A DNA stretch of 64,000 nucleotides. It comes from an uncultured Gammaproteobacteria bacterium. Lineage in GTDB: Bacteria > Patescibacteriota > Patescibacteriia > S139-126. Position numbers and translations under genes: made by a program. The notes under the pieces were generated by a model that saw nothing but the letters and a program-made list of their open reading frames with translations, did not search any database and had not been told where the DNA came from. Within the stretch, counting starts at the first letter, position 1. Each line of letters opens with the position of its first letter. This document shows positions 56,513-64,000 of this stretch, piece by piece. The stretch is from contig CAZUKA010000001.1 of assembly GCA_964620905.1 (NCBI GenBank), forward strand, positions 455,646-519,645, given 5' to 3'.

Positions 56513-58966
56513 TCACATTTTCCCTAAAATTATACCAAAATAAAATACTAGTGAAACAAAAATAAAAATAAAAATATAAAAAAACAAGTTTGATAGATTT
56601 TTATTTTTCACAGTCAATCTTTTCAATCTTATACTATTTAGCACCACCGAGATAGAACTAAAAGCCATGGCTGCTGCTGCAATAATTGGTGAAAGCAATA
56701 AACCAAACGCTGTATACAAAATACCAGCTGCAACCGGAATAGCCACAACATTATAACCAAACGCCCAAAATAAATTTTGTTTGATAATACCAAAAGTCAA
56801 ACGAGATAATTCTATTGTTTCCACTACCTTATCTAAACTGCCTTTGACCAAAACAATACTCCCAGTCTCAATGGCTACATCAGTACCTGTACCCATAGCA
56901 ATACCAATATCTGCCTGCGCTAGGGCTGGTGCGTCATTGATCCCATCGCCCACCATAGCTATTTTACCTGTAGTTTCTTTTTGTAATTTTTTTATAATAT
57001 CGGCTTTATCTTGTGGCAATACTTCAGCTATTACTTCATCTATCCCTAACTGATTAGCAATCGCCCGAGCGGTAACCTCGTTGTCACCGGTTAACATAAT
57101 AGTGGTAATTCCCAAGGCCCGCAATCTTGTAAGCGACTCTTTAGCTTCATTTTTAACAACATCAGCCAAAGCAAACAAAGCTACTGCGCGGTTATCAATT
57201 CCCATATAAACCAAAGTTTGCCCAGCATTTTTCCATTTGGCGGCTTGCTTGGCAAAAATCACGATACTTATATTTTGCTCTCTGAATAATTTGTCATTGC
57301 CCAAAATTATTTTTTTACCGGCAATTTCCGCTTTTACACCCAAGCCAACTAAATTTTGAAATCTTTCTACTTCTAAATCATTCGTTAAATTATTCTGTCG
57401 GGCATAATTGGTAATGGCAGTTGATAAAGGATGTTCAGATAAATGTTCAACTGCGTAAGCTAAACGTAATATTTCCTCTTGGTTATCATTTTCTGCCACC
57501 TGCCATTCGTTCACAGCTGGTTCACCTTTGGTTAATGTTCCGGTTTTATCAAATACAATCTTTTTTATTTTATTGGCCCACTCTAGTGCAGTGGCATCTT
57601 TTATCAAAATTCCATTTCTAGCAGCTTTACCTGAACCTACCATCACTGCTGTGGGCGTGGCTAGTCCCAGAGCGCAAGGACAAGCAATAATTAAAATAGT
57701 CAAAGCAATATAAACTGCCAGCTGAAAAGTATTAATATCTGTCGGTATCAACCCCAGACTTGGTGCTAACCACAACCAAAATACCAAAGCCAAAACCGCT
57801 ATCGTAACAACAATTGGTACAAACACACTCGCAATTTTATCAACCAATTTTTGGATTGGTGGTACACTACCTTGGGCATCACGAACCATTTTTATAATCT
57901 GAGCAAGTAAAGTTCCACTACCTACTCTTTCTACTCGCATACGAAAACTGCCAATTTTGTTGATAGTTGCGCCAATTACCACATCACCAATCTTTTTCTC
58001 TACTGGCATTGACTCCCCAGTCACCATTGATTCATCAATCGTACTAGCACCTTGAACAATAACACCATCCACGGGAATTTTTTCTCCTGGCCGAACCACT
58101 AAAATATCACCTTTAACTACTTGACTAATAGAAATTTTTATTTCTTTATCTCCCCTGACAACAGTTGCCTCTTTAGCTCCCAATTGCAACAAAGCTTTGA
58201 TTGCATCGCTGGTTTGTCCTTTGGCACGAGCTTCCAGTAAACGTCCCAACAAAATAAAAAAAGTAATAAATACCCCAGCTTCAAAAAATACCTCTACTGA
58301 TAAATCAGTAAAAATAAATGGAGCAAAAGTTACTATGGTTGAATACAACCAAGCCACAAAAGTTCCCAAAGCAATCAAAGTATCCATATTAGCAGATTTG
58401 ACACGCAGAGCAGCCCCAGCACTTTGAAAAAATTGTTTACCACCAATAAAAATAATTGGCGTGGCAACTAAAAATTGCAATAAATAAAACAAATCAATCT
58501 GATAGCCAAACTTTTCAATTGTTAAATAACCCATTGGAGACATTGGCATATCTATAAACTCAAACATTGCTGCTACCATAAAAATCATAATCACCAAAAA
58601 AGGCAAACTAGCAAAACCCACCCACCAGACTTTTCTTTGTAAATGCAAATATTCTTGCTGACGCAAAGTTGCAGCATGATCATGAGGATCGATTTGCACT
58701 GAACTTATTTTTTTAGCTTGATTGGGATCAGCTAAAATAGTTTGGTTGGTTTCTGTGGTTATTAACCGATAACTACCAGCACTACCAACAGCTGTCATCA
58801 AATCCTTGAGAGTAATTTTATTTTCATCATAAACTACTTTCATTTGCTCGGCAGCATAATTCACCACTACTTCAGAAACTCCTTCCAATTTACCTACCAT
58901 TTTTTCAATCAAATTCTTGCAAGCGGCACAGTGCATACCAACAATCGGATATATTTTAGTAATCAT
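56513..58966 (-). CDS. copA: Cu(I)-translocating P1B-type ATPase
   Basis: [43 protein letters not shown]. Confidence 0.96.
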   Translation of the reverse strand: MITKIYPIVGMHCAACKNLIEKMVGKLEGVSEVVVNYAAEQMKVVYDENKITLKDLMTAVGSAGSYRLITTETNQTILADPNQAKKISSVQIDPHDHAATLRQQEYLHLQRKVWWVGFASLPFLVIMIFMVAAMFEFIDMPMSPMGYLTIEKFGYQIDLFYLLQFLVATPIIFIGGKQFFQSAGAALRVKSANMDTLIALGTFVAWLYSTIVTFAPFIFTDLSVEVFFEAGVFITFFILLGRLLEARAKGQTSDAIKALLQLGAKEATVVRGDKEIKISISQVVKGDILVVRPGEKIPVDGVIVQGASTIDESMVTGESMPVEKKIGDVVIGATINKIGSFRMRVERVGSGTLLAQIIKMVRDAQGSVPPIQKLVDKIASVFVPIVVTIAVLALVFWLWLAPSLGLIPTDINTFQLAVYIALTILIIACPCALGLATPTAVMVGSGKAARNGILIKDATALEWANKIKKIVFDKTGTLTKGEPAVNEWQVAENDNQEEILRLAYAVEHLSEHPLSTAITNYARQNNLTNDLEVERFQNLVGLGVKAEIAGKKIILGNDKLFREQNISIVIFAKQAAKWKNAGQTLVYMGIDNRAVALFALADVVKNEAKESLTRLRALGITTIMLTGDNEVTARAIANQLGIDEVIAEVLPQDKADIIKKLQKETTGKIAMVGDGINDAPALAQADIGIAMGTGTDVAIETGSIVLVKGSLDKVVETIELSRLTFGIIKQNLFWAFGYNVVAIPVAAGILYTAFGLLLSPIIAAAAMAFSSISVVLNSIRLKRLTVKNKNLSNLFFYIFIFIFVSLVFYFGIILGKM

Positions 58967-58971
58967 ATAGT

Positions 58972-59193
58972 TTATTTAATAACTTGATAATTTTCTAAAT
59001 TGTTTATTATATTTTCTACTCGCACTAATTCTTCAGAATTTAGCTGAGAAAAATACACCAAACCCTTTTCTTCACCAGGAATAAGTTTAATATCTTTTAG
59101 TTTTTCACCCCAACCTTTTTCTTCAAATTCCATTCTAATCAATGATACACAGGCATTACAATGCATACCTTCAACTTGTAAAACTGTTTCCAT
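58972..59193 (-). CDS. HMA-domain copper chaperone (CopZ-like)
   Basis: [10 protein letters not shown]. Confidence 0.85.
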   Translation of the reverse strand: METVLQVEGMHCNACVSLIRMEFEEKGWGEKLKDIKLIPGEEKGLVYFSQLNSEELVRVENIINNLENYQVIK

Positions 59194-59194
59194 A

Positions 59195-60664
59195 TTATTG
59201 AAAAGTTACAGTCAATGGTGGCACCATACCCATCGAACAAGTTATTTTATAACTACCCGGTTTTGGACTACCCAAATCAATCACGTTTTGGCCAGCTTTA
59301 AGATTGACAAAACCACTAAACAACCCACGTGCTGCCATTTGCGCACCGCAACCTAAGATTCCTTGATTATCTACCACCATTACCGTAGGGATATTAGCTT
59401 GTAGCACAGCACTACTAGAATTTGTATATTCAAAACCTGAAGCTATAATATTTAACTGTTGAACATCACCAATATCTTTTTGCTTACCAGTACCACTACT
59501 TGCTGACAAACTTTTCCCAGCATCAGGACCAAATAAAATTATTGATTCTGATTGAGAATCAACTTTGACAGAGGAATAATTTCTGATGTCATGTAAACTT
59601 GGCAGTCCCAAAACATTTAACTGGCCATTGATATTATAAATAGCAAAAAATATAATAATAATTCCTGCTATTTGAGAAAACTTAGCGGTCAGATGTGGTT
59701 TTTGTGTAAAACGATAACCAGAATAACTAATACCCGCTAGTATTGACAAAGTTCCCAAAGCAAAAAACAACATAATCAGCGCTCCAGTAAAAAAACTACC
59801 AGTAGTCAGAGCTATACCTTGAGCAATCAATGTAAAACCACAAGGTAAGAAAAAAGTGAGCGCCCCAATAATAAAAGGAGAATATTTTCCCTGCCAACTA
59901 GTTTCATTTACAATTTTGCCAGTAAAAAATTTTGGTAAGCGCAATGAAATCTTTTTTGCCCAAGAAACTTCCAACATTTGTAAAGCCAGTATAATCATTA
60001 TTACGGACACCAAACCGACCAAAATAGCATAACTTGTGGCATTGTTGAAAGACAAACCACCGCCCAATAAACCCAATAAACCTCCTAAAATAAAAAAGGA
60101 TGACAATCTACCTAAATGAAACAACCAGTGGGGTAAAGCTTTTTGTTTTCTACTATCGCTATCTATGTATACTTCATGCCATTTTTTCGTCATCGACAAA
60201 AGTAACCCTCCCACCAATGCTGCGCAACTAGATACTCCAGCTACCAATCCTAAAACAAAAAAAGCTGATAAAGAAGAACTGGTATTTACAGAAATAAATC
60301 TACCTAATTGCCACTTGTCTAATCCATAAAATAATAATAAAAAAATGCTAGCGAAAATCAATGTTTTAAAAAGTGTACTTAATTTTTCTTTATTTATTTG
60401 CCATTTACCTTTTTCATTGTAAAAAAGTTTTTTTATTTTGGTTATTTGTGGCTTAGTAAAAAAACTATAACCTAAATCTTTAAACTCCTGGTTAATCTCA
60501 GCTAAATCTAAATTTTGACTATTAGACATATAAACACTTACTTCGCCTTTATTGAGAGAAGCATCTACTGCTGTAACGCCAGATTTTTTCAATAATTTTT
60601 TTTCAATCAAAAGTTCACATGAGGAACAATGCATGCCCTGAACATAATAAATTTTTTGTGACAT
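59195..60664 (-). CDS. HMA + DsbD_2/TauE-like membrane domain + cupredoxin-like domain protein
   Basis: GMHCSSCE; SSCAALVGG; LPCGF; C-terminal CSMGM. Start at 60664 or 60682. Confidence 0.85.
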   Translation of the reverse strand: MSQKIYYVQGMHCSSCELLIEKKLLKKSGVTAVDASLNKGEVSVYMSNSQNLDLAEINQEFKDLGYSFFTKPQITKIKKLFYNEKGKWQINKEKLSTLFKTLIFASIFLLLFYGLDKWQLGRFISVNTSSSLSAFFVLGLVAGVSSCAALVGGLLLSMTKKWHEVYIDSDSRKQKALPHWLFHLGRLSSFFILGGLLGLLGGGLSFNNATSYAILVGLVSVIMIILALQMLEVSWAKKISLRLPKFFTGKIVNETSWQGKYSPFIIGALTFFLPCGFTLIAQGIALTTGSFFTGALIMLFFALGTLSILAGISYSGYRFTQKPHLTAKFSQIAGIIIIFFAIYNINGQLNVLGLPSLHDIRNYSSVKVDSQSESIILFGPDAGKSLSASSGTGKQKDIGDVQQLNIIASGFEYTNSSSAVLQANIPTVMVVDNQGILGCGAQMAARGLFSGFVNLKAGQNVIDLGSPKPGSYKITCSMGMVPPLTVTFQ

Positions 60665-60668
60665 ATTT

Positions 60669-60941
60669 TTATTTGTACTCATAAAGCCGTAATAGTTCAG
60701 TAGTAGTTTTTTGTTCTTTACCATTTCTAATTTGATTGACCACACAGTGTTTAAGGTGATCTTCTATAATTAAAAGATCGAGTTGTTTTAAAGCTTTTTG
60801 CACCGCTCGGGATTGATGGACAATATCAATACAATATGTGTTACCAGCAAGCATTTTCTCTATTGACTGCAAGTGTCCTTGGATAATCTTAATCCGGTGC
60901 AAAGCCCGTGATTTAACTGTGGTTTTCCTTCTTCTATCCAT
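60669..60941 (-). CDS. csoR: CsoR family copper-sensing repressor
   Basis: RIK.IQGHL..I..M....YC.DI..Q..AV..AL....DHLKHCV. Confidence 0.9.
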   Translation of the reverse strand: MDRRRKTTVKSRALHRIKIIQGHLQSIEKMLAGNTYCIDIVHQSRAVQKALKQLDLLIIEDHLKHCVVNQIRNGKEQKTTTELLRLYEYK

Positions 60942-60999
60942 ATTAATTATTTAATAATTAGTAATTTATAATTAATAATTCAAAATTTATAATTTTTAT

Positions 61000-61044
61000 A
61001 TATCCCCCCTATAGGGATATTAACATATTATTAAAATATGTCAA
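61000..61044 (-). promoter_or_regulatory. csoR-copA promoter with CsoR-type operator
   Basis: TTGACA(61044-61039)-16-TAATAT; pseudo-palindrome ATATCCC-TATAGGG-GGGATAT with G/C tracts, like Bacillus CsoR operators. Confidence 0.7.
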
Positions 61045-61046
61045 AA

Positions 61047-61072
61047 CCGCCCCGAGCTTACACTCGGGGCGG
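61047..61072 (-). terminator. Terminator after the crtI-like gene
   Basis: CCGCCCCGAG-CTTACA-CTCGGGGCGG. Confidence 0.75.
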
Positions 61073-61081
61073 ATATTATAT

Positions 61082-62608
61082 TTATTTAATCAGTAATTTT
61101 TCTTGTAGTGAAGTGGGTTTAGTAAATGGCACTTGGTATTTTTGTGAAATCATATTAGCCACGATCCGGCCTGATTCATAAATTGTTGGCAAACCGCTAC
61201 CTGGGTGTGTTCCCCCGCCGACCAAATACATATCCAGATCTTCAAAATGATTGTGCGGCCGAAAATATAACATTTGCTTGATTGCATGTGAAAGATTGAA
61301 AGTGGCGCCCAAATAAACATGGGCATTATTTTCCCAATCAGCTGGCGTAATTATACGCTCAAAATCAATCTTGGCTCGGATATTTTTTATACCCAATCTT
61401 TTTTCAATACTATCCAAGGTCAATTCGCGCATTTGTTCTTTAGCCACCGCCCAATCTATTCCTGATTGATTGTTGGGTGCTGGTACTAAAACATAAAAAT
61501 TTGATTTCCCGGCAGGTGCTAAAGTTTTGTCATTGATACTGGCATTGCGGACATAAAAAGATATTTCTGGTGAAAGTTTTTTATTTTTGAAAATATCATC
61601 AACATTTTGTCGGTAATTTTTTGCAAAAGCAATCGTGTGATGCGCAATATCCGGATACTCCCCCTCCAGTCCCAAATACATCATAAAAGTTGAACAAGAA
61701 AAATCTTTACGTGCTAATTTTTGCGGCGACCACTTGCGTAGCTTATCAACTGGTAATAAATTATTTATTGTATAACCAAAATCCGCATTAACTATCACTT
61801 CGTCAGCATGTTCTCTTTTGCCATCAGCTAATTCTATTCCCACCACTTTTTTACCTTTTAAAATCAGCTGTTTAACGGTTTGGTTATAATAAAAATTTAC
61901 CCCGTGTTCTTTGGCTACTTTATCCATGGCGACTGATATTTCTGACAAACCTTTTTCCACGTGATAAATACCAAAAGCGTGTTCAATAAAAGGAATAATA
62001 ATAAACAAAGCCGGGCATTCCCAGGCGGACATACCTAAATATTTTGATTGAAAGGTAAAACTTAGTTTCAATTTGTCTTGAGAGAAATAATTACCTAAAT
62101 ATTTATAGACTGATCCTAAAAAAGGTATATGCGGTATGGCTTTTAAAAAAGTGGGCTTAAAAAATTCTCTAAAATGAGTATAATCTTTTTGTAAACAAGC
62201 AAAAATATAAGGGAAGCGTTTGCTTTCTTTCTTATAAAATTTTTCTAAACCCTCAACTGACCCTGAAAAATATTTGGCAAATTCTTGTTTAGCTTTGTCT
62301 TTGTCATCATAAATATTTATGGATAAATCAGAAAATAACAGCCGGTACATCGGATCAAGTCTAGTAAATTTTAGATAATCTTCTGAATTTCTCCCAGCTT
62401 CCTGAAACATTTCATCCAAAATAAATTTCATCATCAAAAAAGTTGGCCCCAAATCAAAAGTATAACCTTGCTCACGAATAGCATCATTTCTACCACCGGG
62501 CATTGAATTTTTTTCATAAACCGAAACCTCAAACCCTCTTTTGCCTAAAATCATAGCACTAGTAAGTCCCCCAGGACCTGCGCCAACAACAATAATTTTT
62601 TTTGACAT
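61082..62608 (-). CDS. Phytoene desaturase family (CrtI/CrtN) FAD oxidoreductase
   Basis: VVGAGPGG, FDLGPT, SCSTFMMYLG, YVLVP.P, LVGGGTHPGSGLP. Confidence 0.9.
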   Translation of the reverse strand: MSKKIIVVGAGPGGLTSAMILGKRGFEVSVYEKNSMPGGRNDAIREQGYTFDLGPTFLMMKFILDEMFQEAGRNSEDYLKFTRLDPMYRLLFSDLSINIYDDKDKAKQEFAKYFSGSVEGLEKFYKKESKRFPYIFACLQKDYTHFREFFKPTFLKAIPHIPFLGSVYKYLGNYFSQDKLKLSFTFQSKYLGMSAWECPALFIIIPFIEHAFGIYHVEKGLSEISVAMDKVAKEHGVNFYYNQTVKQLILKGKKVVGIELADGKREHADEVIVNADFGYTINNLLPVDKLRKWSPQKLARKDFSCSTFMMYLGLEGEYPDIAHHTIAFAKNYRQNVDDIFKNKKLSPEISFYVRNASINDKTLAPAGKSNFYVLVPAPNNQSGIDWAVAKEQMRELTLDSIEKRLGIKNIRAKIDFERIITPADWENNAHVYLGATFNLSHAIKQMLYFRPHNHFEDLDMYLVGGGTHPGSGLPTIYESGRIVANMISQKYQVPFTKPTSLQEKLLIK

Positions 62609-62623
62609 ATATAAAAAATAATT

Positions 62624-63826
62624 CTAAATCTGTTGAAACTCCGCCACAAACTTTTTCATATCTTTAAGTAGTATAGCCTGCGGGTTACAAGCCAGTACCA
62701 TTCCGTCCATATACATCAAACTTTTAATAATATCAAAAATTCCTTCTTCAAACTCCATCCCCGATAAAACTCCAAGTTTTATAGTTTGCATCATTTTTTT
62801 GGTCAAACTAATCTCACTGACAGTCTTATCTTTGAAATCACTATAAAGTTCAATAAATTTTTTGGTAAATACTTTGTATTTTTCTGCACTTAACTGTTGT
62901 TTGGACATAGCGTGTAAATAATAAGCACACTGCGGGTAATCATAATCACTTAAATATTCAAAAAATTTAAGTAAATTTAGACGAATTTTATCAGTCACTG
63001 AACCGATATAGCCAGTATCCAAAAAATAAAAATGTTTACCATCGTACATTATATTACCAGGATGAATATCACCATGAAATGTTCCTACAACAAACATGTA
63101 AAAACCGTGGATATGAAAAAATTCAAGCATTTGATCATAAGAAAATTGTTTCTTTGCCAACAACTCGTTGACAGTTGGCTTGTCTAAAAACTCACTTACC
63201 AAAATATGTTCATTGGATAAATTTGGATAAACCCTGGGAAAAGCCAAATGTGACAGGTCGAACTTATCCTTTTTATCTTCATAAATTTGCCGTAAAATTT
63301 CCTGGCCGGCTTGTTCATTGCGTAAATCAAGTTCAGCTAAAGTAGTTTTTTCTATACCTTTTAAAAGTGAAGTGGGATTGGCTACCCCGCGCAATTTAGG
63401 ATAAAACCAGGTGGCTATCTGAAAAAATCTTTGTACGCTTTGTACATCTCTTTCAAATGAAGCGGTAAACTCTTTTTTGACAATTTTTACGGCTACTTCC
63501 TCGCCGCTAGTCAGTTTAGCCCGATGCACTTGCCCGATTGAAGCGGAAGCAAATGGACGTTTTTCAAATTGAGAAAAATTATGATAAAATTCATTACTAG
63601 CATATTCTACAATCAGTTTGTCAACTTGTTCTGCGGGGATTGAATTTACTCCCTGATAAAGTTTAGCCAGATGCCGACACTTTTCCTCACTTAAAAAATC
63701 TATCCGCAAAGCATGCACTTGTCCAATTTTTATTGCCAATAGTCCCAATTTTTGAATCAAATCTAAATCAGCCAATTTTGGCCCATAAATGGTTCTGATA
63801 AGTTTTATAAAATTATACCAATTCAT
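62624..63826 (-). CDS. ABC1/UbiB/AarF family atypical kinase
   Basis: IKIGQ, FASASIGQVHRA, VAVKI, FHGDIHPGN, LDTG. Confidence 0.9.
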   Translation of the reverse strand: MNWYNFIKLIRTIYGPKLADLDLIQKLGLLAIKIGQVHALRIDFLSEEKCRHLAKLYQGVNSIPAEQVDKLIVEYASNEFYHNFSQFEKRPFASASIGQVHRAKLTSGEEVAVKIVKKEFTASFERDVQSVQRFFQIATWFYPKLRGVANPTSLLKGIEKTTLAELDLRNEQAGQEILRQIYEDKKDKFDLSHLAFPRVYPNLSNEHILVSEFLDKPTVNELLAKKQFSYDQMLEFFHIHGFYMFVVGTFHGDIHPGNIMYDGKHFYFLDTGYIGSVTDKIRLNLLKFFEYLSDYDYPQCAYYLHAMSKQQLSAEKYKVFTKKFIELYSDFKDKTVSEISLTKKMMQTIKLGVLSGMEFEEGIFDIIKSLMYMDGMVLACNPQAILLKDMKKFVAEFQQI

Positions 63827-63878
63827 TGATTTATTATATCAATCAGTTATAAAAATTACTATTAAAACTAAATATGAT

Positions 63879-64000
63879 ATGAAAAAAAATTTATTTCTAA
63901 CACTAAGTATCATAGGCATAATTTTGCCTTATTCTCAATTTATGCAATTCACCAACCAATACGGTTTTGATATAAATCTGATGGTTCAACAAATATTTAT
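63879..64000 (+). CDS. 5' fragment of a membrane protein (DUF2834-like), truncated by window end
   Basis: MKKNLFLTLSIIGIILPYSQFMQFTNQYGFDINLMVQQIF, open to the edge. Confidence 0.5.
   Translation, partial: MKKNLFLTLSIIGIILPYSQFMQFTNQYGFDINLMVQQIF

Overview
AT-rich 64 kb segment of a reduced-genome bacterium. Gene content (VirB2-like pilin fusion, short Rel, PEP-utiliser orphan, SD-less leaders) is most consistent with Patescibacteria/CPR; this is an inference, and TGA acts as a stop, so code 11. From left to right: (1) a >2300-aa pilin-domain surface protein running off the left edge, absent from the ORF track; (2) a housekeeping block (yqeY, rpsU, hisS, lepB, tRNA-Val, LCP, der, pth, SIMPL, mfd, dprA, topA, rpmB, rel, parB, parA, tRNA-Leu/fMet/Met); (3) a ~16 kb minus-strand cell-surface locus combining a sortase, a SipW-type peptidase, three TasA/CalY-like proteins with SipW-type signal peptides, a TasA-like LPxTG protein and two large LPETG adhesins, with a structured leader and covarying ~165-bp repeats; (4) orphan genes, small ORFs and metabolic/transport genes, a CsoR-CopA copper operon, a CrtI-family desaturase and an ABC1 kinase. 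The best candidate novel system is the sortase-anchored SipW/TasA fibre locus. Several unannotated structured RNAs and translation/antitermination signals also merit checking. All family assignments come from motif recognition by eye; no database search was run.
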